A stretch of 64,000 bases of DNA. It comes from Eledone cirrhosa (taxonomy: Eukaryota). The stretch's first letter is position 1. Every line of letters begins with the position of its first letter. The position numbers were made by a program, and so were the translations under genes. The stretch spans positions 125,860,001-125,924,000 of the forward strand of contig OZ024744.1 in NCBI GenBank assembly GCA_964016885.1, in the 5' to 3' direction. Shown here piece after piece: positions 10,758-24,926 of the stretch. The notes under the pieces are model-generated. The model was not told the origin of the DNA. It was given only the letters and a program-made list of their open reading frames with translations, and did not search any database.

Positions 10758-13700
10758 TTTATGTTTATTTACGTTTAGCGTAATCGATTTGTTTTCGATT
10801 TGTTTCCATATCACCACGCGTTTTATTTCATAGTCATAGTTATCAAGTTAGAAAACAAATGAAGTTCAGGGGGCCGACACTACCGACTTTCTTAAAGAAA
10901 AACAATTTAACGCGGGTAACTACAAGATAGGCATCAGTAGTAGTAGCTCCCTAAACTGTTTCCATCCCATTCTCACTCAGGCTACTGTACCTTCAGAACA
11001 CCCACCTCCACTGTTAATTTGGTTAATTAAGTTAACAGAAATTATGAACCGGTTTCTACAGAGCCTTCTGGACATTTAACCCTTTAGCATTTAAACCAGC
11101 CATACCTAGCCAGAATACTCTCACATCTTTCTGTTCAAACCAGCCATAACTGGCCACTCATACTGACGTTAAGGTATTGTTCTCAATATAAATAATATCA
11201 AAATCTCATAGATTCGATATTATATGAGATAATTATGTAAGATAAAGCCTTTACCACAAAAATACAATAGTATATATAGAGTAATAAAAATGCTAAAGGG
11301 TAAAAGTAGCTTATTATTTTGTGAGCTCTTGCTACTTATTGCTCTTGTGCATCAAGAACATACACAGCTTACATTTTGTTGCTAATCTCACTGAGATCCA
11401 ACTACATCTCTTGTTTATCCATAGTTTGGAATTTCTACCTACTCCTTTCCTTTAGAATGATCAAGGCCATTTTCTTGTGGGGATCTAGGCCCTGTTTTCC
11501 TTTCTATTTTGCCAAGTTATCTTACATCACTTTCATTCTAGACCATGCTTCCAGGTTTGGAATTTCTCCTCTAATTTTACCACAGATTAAGTGACAAGGG
11601 TTCAATCATGTGCATACAGGAGTTCCCATGGACAGCCAGTAATATGTAATAGCCTGCAGGATGATAATAAACAGAAGAGGGTTAATTACAGAGCCCTGAT
11701 AGAGGGTTAATAACAGAGCCCTGATAGACTTGTTCACTCAACTCCTCACTATAGCCATCATTACTTTTAACCTTACTGACTGCTCCTCCATACATGGCTT
11801 TTACTGCTCTCACAAGCCACTCATATACCCCTAGTTTTCTAAGTTATACACCAGATTAGGGAAGGGGGAAGTCTCACAGAAGCTCTCTCTGGGTCAACAA
11901 ATGCCAAGTAGAGGGGCTTATTTTAGCTAGGTACTACTCTTGCAGTTGCCACACAAGGAAGAGGACATCAGTGGTACTTTTACCTGGCACAAATCCAAAC
12001 TTCATCTCATCTAGGTTAACTTGGTCCCTAATCAGCTGTGTTATAAATCTAACACCTTCATGAAGTGGTCCATCTAATATCTCTATAGTTTTCTAGCTCT
12101 AGTACATCTCCTTTGCCCTTGTAGCAGTTGATGATGATGATACTACACCATTTATTTGGTATGACACCATTTTGTATTACATGCTGTACGATACCAGTGG
12201 TTAAGATGTGACCCACCATCCCAGATACTTTCAGTATCTCAGCAACTATCACCAATGGACAAGATACTTTCTCTGTCTTCATATCCTTAATTACCTTACT
12301 TCATATCCTTAATTACCTTACTGCTTACTTGTATGGCTGGACCCTCTGTTGGGCCCACTTTCCGTAGACTATCTTCCTCCCATGCATTCTCCTCATTCAG
12401 TAATCTTTCATAAAGGCATTTCCATGTTACAAAGGTTGGCTGAAAAGTTCATAGACTATCAATGATAGCATGATGCTAGAGCTGTGAAATCTTGCCTGCA
12501 TTAATTTCAACTCTTCTTATTAATAACTGCATTGTTTCCTTCCAGGGACTATGTTGAAAAATAAACCTCATTTGGTCATTCCATGAGTGTATCTTGGTCT
12601 GCCTATGAACTTTTCAGCTGACCCTATTCAGCATCAGTGAGCCCAAATGCCCCATTATCATCCTGGACACACTTTACCCCAACATCACAATTTGCCCTCA
12701 CACACTGCCTCACAATCCTGAACATCTCATGTATTTCATCCTCACATCATAAAACCAACTGAAATTATATATTCTCTGCTTCCCTCCTTGCAAAGAATAC
12801 TTCTTGCCTAGCTTCCTGTAGTGTACCCTCCAGCTGCCTCCATTCTGCCATTATTCCATGCCTGTCTCTTGGCCTTAACTGTCTCATCTACCCTAGTGTT
12901 TCACCACCAAGATACTCTCCTCTCTGAAGCCCTGCTCCAGCCACAGATCTAGTTTGACACCTTCAGCAAAGGTTCTTTAAGGAACTCCCACTGTTCCCCT
13001 ATATTGTATGTTTCTATTTGTTCTTCCTTACTGTTGTAAAGATCAAACAAAATATCTCTAAATTTGGAACTGGCTGAGGGGTCCTTTAACTTCCATATCC
13101 TTCTCCTCCAAGTTGCCCTCAGTCTTCAAGTTCATCTAAGTCTATGAAATCACTAACTACTGGGTTATGTTGGGAGGTGCATTCTTCCCCAGGGGGTGGG
13201 GATTGTGTGTTTACAAATGTCAATATCTCATCTTCTGGTGAGGATAAAAATCTGACTGGCATGCTCCTCTGACCAATAGGTGTTGAAGTGGTTGTCGGGT
13301 AAACGTTAAGACCCTCTGATATACATATATATATATATACTAGCAGTGGTACCCGGCGTTGCACGGGATAACGTATTTCGGAATGCGGGCCGCCATCTTC
13401 CACTTCAGCCGGTCGCCCTAAAGTGTTGGCTATTCAGTCTACTTGAGGCCAGTTGGTGAGGGGGGGTAAAGCTTTCAGTGTGCTACTACCCTCACGGTCA
13501 AATAGAAAGGGAGAGGAAGAAAAGTCAGCGTTAATATCGTGCTACACGTTTGAAAGGTTGGATGACCTTAGAGTTCACCAGGGTGGGGGGTTCTAAAAGT
13601 ATCTATCTTGGTATTTTATCTTAGAAGTAATCATTACAGAGTGTACTGGGTGTATTTTAGTGGGCAGTAATTCCATAAAGAACACAGTATAATCTGTGGA

Positions 13701-16700
13701 CACAAGCCTTGCAGTGTGATTACAGGCAGGTTAATGGGAAAGATAGATTATATATGTGACATGATGTACATGAGAAGTGAGGACACAGACCACACATGAA
13801 ATAGATTCCTACAACTGTCAGGGAGGCTCCCTAGAATTACAGATGACATATTTCAATATCTCGGTGATCAAGTTAGCAGTGGAGGAAGAATCTCTAAAAG
13901 TGTAATACCCAGGATAAGGACAGGCTGGAAGAAGTTTAGAGTACTGTTCCATCTGTTGACAACAAAGGGCTTCTCTCTCAGAATGGAGGCTAGACTGCTT
14001 GATACTTATGTGTGGTCTGCAATCTACACCCCAGCCATGCCCCTTCCACTACCACTCCTTAGCTATTTCTCTCCATTAATACTCCTCACATTTCAAGCAG
14101 TTTTCTCATCTCAATGAAAGAAAAATATTGGGCTCAAGAGAAGTCTTCAGTTATGCCATGGTGTGGCAACCTCCCTAGGGTTGGGCAGAGTGTAAATGAG
14201 AGTGAAATTAGGTATGAGAGGGATCAGATGCAGTATACAAGAGAGTAGATTACATTGGTATGGTCATGTGATGGGTATAAAGGATGACAGCTGTATAAAA
14301 ATGTGCTGGGCAATCAAAGTTGATGGAAGTTATGAAGGCGGAAGACCTAGGATGAGGTGATAAAAGATGACTTTGCACAATTGCAACTCTCAAAGACAAT
14401 GACACAGGATAGAGATCTTATTTATGTTTATTTACGTTTAGCGTAATCGATTTGTTTTCGATTTGTTTCCATATCACCACGCGTTTTATTTCATAGTCAT
14501 AGTTATCAAGTTAGAAAACAAATGAAGTTCAGGGGGCCGACACTACCGACTTTCTTAAAGAAAAACAATTTAACGCGGGTAACTACAAGATAACCTTGAT
14601 TTGTAATACTGGCAGACATTGAAATATTTAAAATTCTCTATAATTTCCTTTTTATCAGGTCCCAAGCAGTAACACTTCGAATATTTCAATAAATATTAAC
14701 CAGTTACTCCCGTTTTCGTTCTTTCTTTAATGTGCACTCTTTCTTTCTTTAATGTGCATTCTTTCTTTCCTCTACACTGCATCTGACCTCTCTTATACCT
14801 AGTTTCTCTCTCAGTTTATTAATGCTTGTTGTTCATGCACACTATTACACATCTATCAGATCCTGTAAACTTCATTTCTTTCCAGTCTTTATAGGTCCTC
14901 TGAATATATTGCCCTGGTCTCACTTCAATGTAACATTGCTGTTTGTACACAGACTTCATACAATTTGCCTTTCACTTTCAGGGGAAATCATTTTGTAGGC
15001 ATCAGTAGTAGTAGCTCCCTAAACTGTTTCCATCCCATTCTCACTCAGGCTACTGTACCTTCAGAACACCCACCTCCACTGTTAATTTGGTTAATTAAGT
15101 TAACAGAAATTATGAACCGGTTTCTACAGAGCCTTCTGGACATTTAACCCTTTAGCATTTAAACCAGCCATACCTAGCCAGAATACTCTCACATCTTTCT
15201 GTTCAAACCAGCCATAACTGGCCACTCATACTGACGTTAAGGTATTGTTCTCAATATAAATAATATCAAAATCTCATAGATTCGATATTATATGAGATAA
15301 TTATGTAAGATAAAGCCTTTACCACAAAAATACAATAGTATATATAGAGTAATAAAAATGCTAAAGGGTAAAAGTAGCTTATTATTTTGTGAGCTCTTGC
15401 TACTTATTGCTCTTGTGCATCAAGAACATACACAGCTTACATTTTGTTGCTAATCTCACTGAGATCCAACTACATCTCTTGTTTATCCATAGTTTGGAAT
15501 TTCTACCTACTCCTTTCCTTTAGAATGATCAAGGCCATTTTCTTGTGGGGATCTAGGCCCTGTTTTCCTTTCTATTTTGCCAAGTTATCTTACATCACTT
15601 TCATTCTAGACCATGCTTCCAGGTTTGGAATTTCTCCTCTAATTTTACCACAGATTAAGTGACAAGGGTTCAATCATGTGCATACAGGAGTTCCCATGGA
15701 CAGCCAGTAATATGTAATAGCCTGCAGGATGATAATAAACAGAAGAGGGTTAATTACAGAGCCCTGATAGAGGGTTAATAACAGAGCCCTGATAGACTTG
15801 TTCACTCAACTCCTCACTATAGCCATCATTACTTTTAACCTTACTGACTGCTCCTCCATACATGGCTTTTACTGCTCTCACAAGCCACTCATATACCCCT
15901 AGTTTTCTAAGTTATACACCAGATTAGGGAAGGGGGAAGTCTCACAGAAGCTCTCTCTGGGTCAACAAATGCCAAGTAGAGGGGCTTATTTTAGCTAGGT
16001 ACTACTCTTGCAGTTGCCACACAAGGAAGAGGACATCAGTGGTACTTTTACCTGGCACAAATCCAAACTTCATCTCATCTAGGTTAACTTGGTCCCTAAT
16101 CAGCTGTGTTATAAATCTAACACCTTCATGAAGTGGTCCATCTAATATCTCTATAGTTTTCTAGCTCTAGTACATCTCCTTTGCCCTTGTAGCAGTTGAT
16201 GATGATGATACTACACCATTTATTTGGTATGACACCATTTTGTATTACATGCTGTACGATACCAGTGGTTAAGATGTGACCCACCATCCCAGATACTTTC
16301 AGTATCTCAGCAACTATCACCAATGGACAAGATACTTTCTCTGTCTTCATATCCTTAATTACCTTACTTCATATCCTTAATTACCTTACTGCTTACTTGT
16401 ATGGCTGGACCCTCTGTTGGGCCCACTTTCCGTAGACTATCTTCCTCCCATGCATTCTCCTCATTCAGTAATCTTTCATAAAGGCATTTCCATGTTACAA
16501 AGGTTGGCTGAAAAGTTCATAGACTATCAATGATAGCATGATGCTAGAGCTGTGAAATCTTGCCTGCATTAATTTCAACTCTTCTTATTAATAACTGCAT
16601 TGTTTCCTTCCAGGGACTATGTTGAAAAATAAACCTCATTTGGTCATTCCATGAGTGTATCTTGGTCTGCCTATGAACTTTTCAGCTGACCCTATTCAGC

Positions 16701-18629
16701 ATCAGTGAGCCCAAATGCCCCATTATCATCCTGGACACACTTTACCCCAACATCACAATTTGCCCTCACACACTGCCTCACAATCCTGAACATCTCATGT
16801 ATTTCATCCTCACATCATAAAACCAACTGAAATTATATATTCTCTGCTTCCCTCCTTGCAAAGAATACTTCTTGCCTAGCTTCCTGTAGTGTACCCTCCA
16901 GCTGCCTCCATTCTGCCATTATTCCATGCCTGTCTCTTGGCCTTAACTGTCTCATCTACCCTAGTGTTTCACCACCAAGATACTCTCCTCTCTGAAGCCC
17001 TGCTCCAGCCACAGATCTAGTTTGACACCTTCAGCAAAGGTTCTTTAAGGAACTCCCACTGTTCCCCTATATTGTATGTTTCTATTTGTTCTTCCTTACT
17101 GTTGTAAAGATCAAACAAAATATCTCTAAATTTGGAACTGGCTGAGGGGTCCTTTAACTTCCATATCCTTCTCCTCCAAGTTGCCCTCAGTCTTCAAGTT
17201 CATCTAAGTCTATGAAATCACTAACTACTGGGTTATGTTGGGAGGTGCATTCTTCCCCAGGGGGTGGGGATTGTGTGTTTACAAATGTCAATATCTCATC
17301 TTCTGGTGAGGATAAAAATCTGACTGGCATGCTCCTCTGACCAATAGGTGTTGAAGTGGTTGTCGGGTAAACGTTAAGACCCTCTGATATACATATATAT
17401 ATATATACTAGCAGTGGTACCCGGCGTTGCACGGGATAACGTATTTCGGAACGCGGGCCGCCATCTTCCACTTCAGCCGGTCGCCCTAAAGTGTTGGCTA
17501 TTCAGTCTACTTGAGGCCAGTTGGTGAGGGGGGGTAAAGCTTTCAGTGTGCTACTACCCTCACGGTCAAATAGAAAGGGAGAGGAAGAAAAGTCAGCGTT
17601 AATATCGTGCTACACGTTTGAAAGGTTGGATGACCTTAGAGTTCACCAGGGTGGGGGGTTCTAAAAGTATCTATCTTGGTATTTTATCTTAGAAGTAATC
17701 ATTACAGAGTGTACTGGGTGTATTTTAGTGGGCAGTAATTCCATAAAGAACACAGTATAATCTGTGGACACAAGCCTTGCAGTGTGATTACAGGCAGGTT
17801 AATGGGAAAGATAGATTATATATGTGACATGATGTACATGAGAAGTGAGGACACAGACCACACATGAAATAGATTCCTACAACTGTCAGGGAGGCTCCCT
17901 AGAATTACAGATGACATATTTCAATATCTCGGTGATCAAGTTAGCAGTGGAGGAAGAATCTCTAAAAGTGTAATACCCAGGATAAGGACAGGCTGGAAGA
18001 AGTTTAGAGTACTGTTCCATCTGTTGACAACAAAGGGCTTCTCTCTCAGAATGGAGGCTAGACTGCTTGATACTTATGTGTGGTCTGCAATCTACACCCC
18101 AGCCATGCCCCTTCCACTACCACTCCTTAGCTATTTCTCTCCATTAATACTCCTCACATTTCAAGCAGTTTTCTCATCTCAATGAAAGAAAAATATTGGG
18201 CTCAAGAGAAGTCTTCAGTTATGCCATGGTGTGGCAACCTCCCTAGGGTTGGGCAGAGTGTAAATGAGAGTGAAATTAGGTATGAGAGGGATCATATGCA
18301 GTATACAAGAGAGTAGATTACATTGGTATGGTCATGTGATGGGTATAAAGGATGACAGCTGTATAAAAATGTGCTGGGCAATCAAAGTTGATGGAAGTTA
18401 TGAAGGCGGAAGACCCAGGATGACCTGGGATGAGGTGATAAAAGATGACTTTGCACAATTGCAACTCTCAAAGACAATGACACAGGATAGAGATCTTGAG
18501 ATGTATGCAGCAATACAGAAGGCCTGCTTTCCAATGTGCACGGACTCAAACATACATCTAGTAGGCCCCTCCTAACCACTATACTCCTTTCCAAACTCCC
18601 ACACTCCCACTTCTGTACACACCACCTTT

Positions 18630-19197
18630 AGACTGTAAAGTGGTAGTGTACAAGTCACAACAAAAGCACCCAGTCCACTCTGTAAAGTTGATGTGTTGGT
18701 GTCATAACAAAAGGCACTCAGTCCACTCTGTAAAGAGGTTGTGTAAGTGTCACAACAAAGACATCTAGTCCACACTGTAAAGTGGTCATGTAGGTGTCAC
18801 AACAAAAAGTACCAGTCATTATTGTAAAGTGGTTGTATAGGTGTCATAACAAAAAGCACCCAGTCGACACTGTAAAGTGGTTGTGTAGGTGTCAGAACCA
18901 AAAGCACCCAGTCCACCCTGTAAAGTGGTTGTGTAGGTGTCATGATAAAAAGCACCCAGTCCACACAGTAAAGTGGTCATGTAGGTGTCACTAAAAAAGC
19001 ACCCAGTCTACTCTGTAAAGTGGTCATGTAGGTGTCATGACAAATAGCACCCAGTCCACCCTGTAAAGTGTTCATGTAGGTGTCATGATGGAGAGTAACC
19101 AGTCCACAATGTAAAGTAGCCATGTAGCTGTCACAACAAAGCACCCAGTCCACACTGTAAAGTGGTCATGTAGGTGTCATTTCAAAAAGCACCCAGG
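18630..19197. repeat. 48-bp minisatellite (aaaaagcacccagtccacactgtaaagtggtcatgtaggtgtcatgac-like); 52510-53220 in unit 2 has 3 more units
   Basis: gcaccc at 18856 and 18904. The spurious ORF is 66 aa versus 114 aa, a 144-nt difference. Confidence 0.9.
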
Positions 19198-19276
19198 TCC
19201 ATGGCTTGGCCTGCTAACCGACGCTATACCCAAGTCGGTCGCCATGCTTTCCAGCATAGAGTTACGTCTCTTTATG

Positions 19277-19395
19277 GTCTGAGTTCAAATCACGCCGAGG
19301 TTAACTTTGCCTTTCATCCTTACGGGGTCGATAAAATAAAGCACCAGTAATGTACTGGGGTCGATTTAATCGACTTTCCCCTCCTCTGCCAAATG
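19277..19395 (+). mobile_element. SINE body resembling an abundant octopus SINE family; copy at ~53299-53415, fragments at ~30720-30795 and ~34140-34225
   Basis: B-box-like gagttcaaatc plus core gttaactttgcctttcatccttacggggtcgataaaataaagcaccag...ctggggtcgatttaatcgac. Dispersed in both orientations in this window; the family assignment is from memory. Confidence 0.7.
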
Positions 19396-19426
19396 ACACA
19401 CACATGCATGGTTCGGGGGAACCTAC

Positions 19427-19472
<46 letters not shown>

Positions 19473-20634
19473 GTAGGTCACTGGTTGAGTCGGTATTAAC
19501 CACAGTAACTAAGGTACTCAATACATATTAGATATAGGTGTCTTTCTAATTGCTGGCCTTGTTCATAAGGTATACACAAGTATGATGTGTGTCTGTTTAA
19601 CTGTACGTGTGAAAACATCGCGAAATTGCGCCTTTTAATATTTGAATATAAACAGTTAAAAAATAATTATTTTAGTAATTTTTAAATATCGATAATGTGT
19701 ATATAAATATTAGAAATCAATTTAATTAGTTCAGTAACATTACTCGGAGTTAAGATAAACCTTCATTTGAAGAAATTCGAGATTTGACCAAATAAATAGA
19801 TTATGTGATCAATAAAAAAAATATGTATACGCGCTTGAACGACGGGTTGCAGACAGTCAGGCATACAGACACATATTTTAAAGCGTGCGACGTTAAAAGT
19901 GTTACTCTCTCTCTTTTTAGATAGATAGACTTAATTAAAGCAGTTTCACTCTCTCTATATTTCATCAGCTCCCTCTCTCTTAAATTGAAAGATTCATTAA
20001 GGCTGAAATAATCTAAACAGTAACATCATTTTTCGCCAGCTCTAGCTTGCGTCCAGAGATATACACACACATATATATATATTTTTTTTGTTATCGAGTT
20101 GAGCTTTGCCAAGCATAGAATTCCAAATTTGACCATCTCCACTGAAAATGTTCGTGAAATAGTCTTTAAGAAGCAATTTAATTTTTTCCAACTGAAACTG
20201 TAAGTATTTTAAAATTTATTTCAACATGGTCTTAAAAGATTGTTGGCTTTTTTTAAATTCATAACTATTTACTATGAAATATAAATTATTAAATCCAATT
20301 TATTTGATAACCATGATTTGATTTTATAATTACCTGAATCACGTTAACATGTATGTATATATATACACACACACGTGTGTGTATATATATATATATATAA
20401 TAATTGTTTCTACGTTACGCAGTGTATTACTGGTACTGTATTTTACGATATTAAATATTAAATATTAACTATTAGATATTAAATATTAAATATTAGATAT
20501 TAGATATTAAATATTAAATATTAAATATGATATCCCTGAAATATATATAATGAAATAAATATGGTTTTATAAATGTAATTTCCATTTGTTTAATATCAAA
20601 TATATATATATATATATATATGTATTTATGTATA

Positions 20635-20686
<52 letters not shown>

Positions 20687-20912
20687 GCAGACACAGACAC
20701 AGAATATCGTATATATCACACACACACAATTAAGACTTGACGTGTTGCAGACAGCCAGACATACAGAGAGATATTTTAAAGCGTGCGACCTTACATGCCT
20801 TACTCTTTCTCTTATCAAAAGAGAAAGAGTAATGCTAACACTTACGTCTACTTCACGCTCTCTTGAACCGTTACAGAAATTGCATCACATCTAATTATAA
20901 CTTTGTACGTTT

Positions 20913-21530
<618 letters not shown>

Positions 21531-24500
21531 AATAATAATAATAATAATGAAATGATTGTGTACAGTGCTCAGGTGCACTACAACTCATCAAAGGTGCATG
21601 TATAGTACATAGAATAATGTACAAACATCAGTAAAATGAACAGTGCACACATGTGTGCATGTGTATGGAAGGGGCACATCAGGTGTAGTTTTGGCGTATT
21701 TCGGGAAGCATGAGTGTCTTAAAGGATGCAGTGTCTCGGCAGCTAACAATTGACGCAGGCAGTTTGTTCCATGTTTCAGCAACTCTGAGCGTGAAAAAAT
21801 GTCTGCGAAAGTCATGGGAGCTGTGCTGTTTTCTTATCTTGTAGGCATGTCCACGTGTGTTAGACACATGGAGATCAAAGAGGCGCTCAGGGTTGCAGTT
21901 GGCGAGATGGTTAAAAACTTTGTGGGTATTCACCAAGTCCACTGCCAGATGTCGGAGCTTCAATGAATCCATGCCCAGGGAAGCAAGGCGTTCAGAGTAT
22001 GGTAGGTGTCTGATGGAGGGTATGCGCTTGGTTGCACGTCTCTGAACAGCTTCCAGGAGGTCAATGTTCCGAGCAAGATAGGGGTTCCAGACTGATGATG
22101 CGAATTCCAAGTGTGGTCGCACCATAGCTGTATACAGTTTTAAATAGATGGCTGGAGAGCGGCTAACAAAGGTCTTGCTGAGTGATGCCAAGACACCCTC
22201 GGCCTTCTTGACAATCTTAGAGACATGCTTTGTCCAACGCAAATCGTTGCCGACAGTAATGCCCAGGTCACGTTCACAAGAGGACTTTTTGATGTCAGTG
22301 TTGTGGAGGGAGTATGTGGACGCTGGATTTTTCCTTCCAAAATGCATGGTGGTACACTTGTCCACAGCCAGCTTCAGTTGCCAGTCTGTGATCCATTGCT
22401 GCATTGTGTCCAGGTCTGATTTTAGGAAAGAGTTGTAAATTTCAGGATCAGTCCTTTTGATTTCAAGGTACAGCTTGATGTCATCTGCATATTTTAGTAC
22501 CGTGGCATTCTGTAAGTTGGCATCTATGTCATTAATATATGCCACAAACAAAAGAGGACCAAGAACAGATCCCTGTGGTACACCAGATGACATCTCATAT
22601 GGTGAAGAATGCTGTCCTAGAACCGTGACTACTTTCCTTCGGCTGAGAATGAAGGATTTCAGCCAGTCGAAAAGATCATCCCTCACACCCATTGCAGAGA
22701 GTTTTGCCATAAGTCTTTTGTGTGGCACAGAATTAAAAGCCTTAGCAAAGTCAAGGTAAACAACATCCACCCATGAGCCGCTGTCAGTGATCCGGGTGAT
22801 GTCCTCAAGGAACTCGATAAGCTGATCACAGCAGCTGGAGTTAGGGATAAATCCAAACTGTGAGGGCCGGATGAGGCTGTGAGAGCTCCAGAAGTTCCAA
22901 AGTGTTTCTCTGACACAGGATTCCATCAGTTTGGCCATACAGCTAGTAAGACTGACTGGACGATAGTTGACAGGTGACATGCGGTTGCCCTTTTTGAACA
23001 GGGGAATGACACTGGCAGTTTTCCACTGCTCCGGAGTAGCACCATTGCTGAGACAGTATTGAAAGAAAAAAGAAAGCTGGCGCAAAAGGAAATCCCCGCC
23101 ACGTTTGAGAAGCAGGTATGTCACACCATCAAGACCAGGGGAGGCATAGTTGCGCTTATTCTTAAGGTGACGTCGCAACATTGCAGGTGTAAATTCCATA
23201 GTTGTTATGGAATTTGATGTTAGAGATGGTGGAGATGGTACATTCTGGTTTTCAACAGTAAAAATACTTGCATAGCACTCAGCAATGAGTTCTGCGCATT
23301 CCTTGGGATCGTCAGTGATCTGGCTTGTGTGGGGATTGCGAAGAGGACCAACTGGAGAGTGAGGTCTCTGCTTTGAATGAACATATTTCCAGAACACCTT
23401 ACTGTCAGGATTGGTTGCGATGCACTGTTCAAATTCAAGCACTGCCTTCTTTGTCACTTGCTTGAGATGGTTAGAAGATTTATTCCGCTTTTTTCTGTTG
23501 GCATCTGATCTATGCAGTTTATATTCCCGTTCAGCGTTCCGACGTTCTTTCCTGGCAAGTCGGACTGCTGAAGTTTCCCAGATTGCACTTTTGGGGTGGT
23601 TATTTTTCCGCTTCCGTGGCACTGATGCTGCACACGCTATCCATATTGAGTCCAGGATGCTCTGGAGTATAGAGTTCACATCTCCAGAGTTATACATCTC
23701 ATGCCAGTTTGGGCGCTGTAGCTCAGTGCAGTACAAGTTCCAATCCGCCCTCTTCCAATCAAAGCAAGCAGATTGGAGATGGCTCTGGTTTTTGTTGCTG
23801 CCCTCAAGTGCCAGATTGGCAATGATCATAGCATGATCAGAGTCGCCTAGAGGTTCCTCAGTAGTACAACTGATAACCACTTCAGGAGTAGTGGTGAAGA
23901 TCAGGTCCAAAGTGTTGTCACCTCTTGTTGGAGAGGTGACTACTTGTGACCAGTTTGAGTCCAGCACTAGTTCAAGGAAATCGTTTGCACCCTGTGGCCA
24001 ACGAAAGGTTTCCCAATCGATCTCAGGATGATTGAAGTCACCTGCAATAAACACATAAGTGGCTGTTTTCTTGGCAGCAACTCTGAGGATATCGCAAAGC
24101 TGTGTGTCCTGATGGTAGTTTGGGGGGCGATAAACAACACCAAGCAGAAGTGTTGACATGGTCATACGTATGTCACAGAAAAAAACTTCTTCCTGTGATT
24201 CGTTCAAATCAACGCAAGGAATTACCGAAAAGTTTGAACGAACGTAGACCATCACACCACCACCACGGCGGTTAATGCGGTCCTTGCGGAAAAGGTTGTA
24301 CCCAGTAATGGTGAAAACCCCATCACAGAGTAAGGAATGTGCCCATGTTTCCGTGACTGTGATGAAGTCAGGGTCGATGCTTCTGACGTAGGATTCGAAC
24401 AGATGTATCTTGTTGCATAAACTGCGAGCATTTAAGGACAACAATTTGTACCCTGCTCGCAGTCTATGATGGTGTGTAGAGGGTGGCAGGTTGTTCTGGT

Positions 24501-24654
24501 TTAGTTTCCCAGAGTTGTAGCAGTTTTTACATTGCCAGTTATTGTGGGTAGATCACACTCAGACCAGCTGGTATCTCTCTTCCACGTTTCACCCGCCTTG
24601 ACAAACCTCCAGATCTGCCCATCATCACGCAGACTGAAACTTTCATCTTGTGCT
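21531..24654 (-). mobile_element. 5'-truncated CR1-clade LINE: ORF1 tail, ORF2, 3' UTR, (ATT)n tail
   Basis: Non-repetitive block inside the microsatellite. The minus-strand 3' end is ...caatcatttcattattattatt, and the ORF1 remnant ends ...TATTLGN* at 24501. Confidence 0.9.
21679..24444 (-). CDS. LINE ORF2: AP-endonuclease + reverse transcriptase, 921 aa, uninterrupted (CR1-like)
   Basis: EN motifs LNARSL, ETW, GGGV, YRPP, GDFN, TLDL, SDH. RT motifs NYRPVSLTS, QFGF, YLDFAKAF, GVPQGSVLGP, YADD. CR1-type C-terminus LEAVQRRATK, TRGH, WNKLP. The annotated start is TTG, not ATG. Confidence 0.95.
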   Translation of the reverse strand: MLSLNARSLCNKIHLFESYVRSIDPDFITVTETWAHSLLCDGVFTITGYNLFRKDRINRRGGGVMVYVRSNFSVIPCVDLNESQEEVFFCDIRMTMSTLLLGVVYRPPNYHQDTQLCDILRVAAKKTATYVFIAGDFNHPEIDWETFRWPQGANDFLELVLDSNWSQVVTSPTRGDNTLDLIFTTTPEVVISCTTEEPLGDSDHAMIIANLALEGSNKNQSHLQSACFDWKRADWNLYCTELQRPNWHEMYNSGDVNSILQSILDSIWIACAASVPRKRKNNHPKSAIWETSAVRLARKERRNAEREYKLHRSDANRKKRNKSSNHLKQVTKKAVLEFEQCIATNPDSKVFWKYVHSKQRPHSPVGPLRNPHTSQITDDPKECAELIAECYASIFTVENQNVPSPPSLTSNSITTMEFTPAMLRRHLKNKRNYASPGLDGVTYLLLKRGGDFLLRQLSFFFQYCLSNGATPEQWKTASVIPLFKKGNRMSPVNYRPVSLTSCMAKLMESCVRETLWNFWSSHSLIRPSQFGFIPNSSCCDQLIEFLEDITRITDSGSWVDVVYLDFAKAFNSVPHKRLMAKLSAMGVRDDLFDWLKSFILSRRKVVTVLGQHSSPYEMSSGVPQGSVLGPLLFVAYINDIDANLQNATVLKYADDIKLYLEIKRTDPEIYNSFLKSDLDTMQQWITDWQLKLAVDKCTTMHFGRKNPASTYSLHNTDIKKSSCERDLGITVGNDLRWTKHVSKIVKKAEGVLASLSKTFVSRSPAIYLKLYTAMVRPHLEFASSVWNPYLARNIDLLEAVQRRATKRIPSIRHLPYSERLASLGMDSLKLRHLAVDLVNTHKVFNHLANCNPERLFDLHVSNTRGHAYKIRKQHSSHDFRRHFFTLRVAETWNKLPASIVSCRDTASFKTLMLPEIRQNYT

Positions 24655-24718
24655 GTATATATATATATATACACACGTGTGTGTGTATTTATGTATATAT
24701 ATATATATACACACACAC

Positions 24719-24760
<42 letters not shown>

Positions 24761-24875
24761 GTGTGTGTGTGTATATATATTTATATATATATACACACAC
24801 GTGTGTGTATATATATATATATATATACACGTGTGTGTGTATTTATATATATATATATATACACACACACGTGTG

Positions 24876-24906
<31 letters not shown>

Positions 24907-24926
24907 GTGTGTGTATATATATATAT

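Larger units (their letters stand above)
7340..18497. repeat. Triplicated 3.7-4.1 kb block (offsets 3673 and 4068); single copy at ~48958-52376 in unit 2
   Basis: Identical ORFs at 7703/11376/15444 and 8385/12058/16126, but only 49321 and 50003 in the second unit. Confidence 0.95.

Noticed and set aside
21857-23836. Plus-strand ORFs overlapping the CR1 ORF2
   Set aside because: Antisense shadows of the RT gene with no independent evidence.
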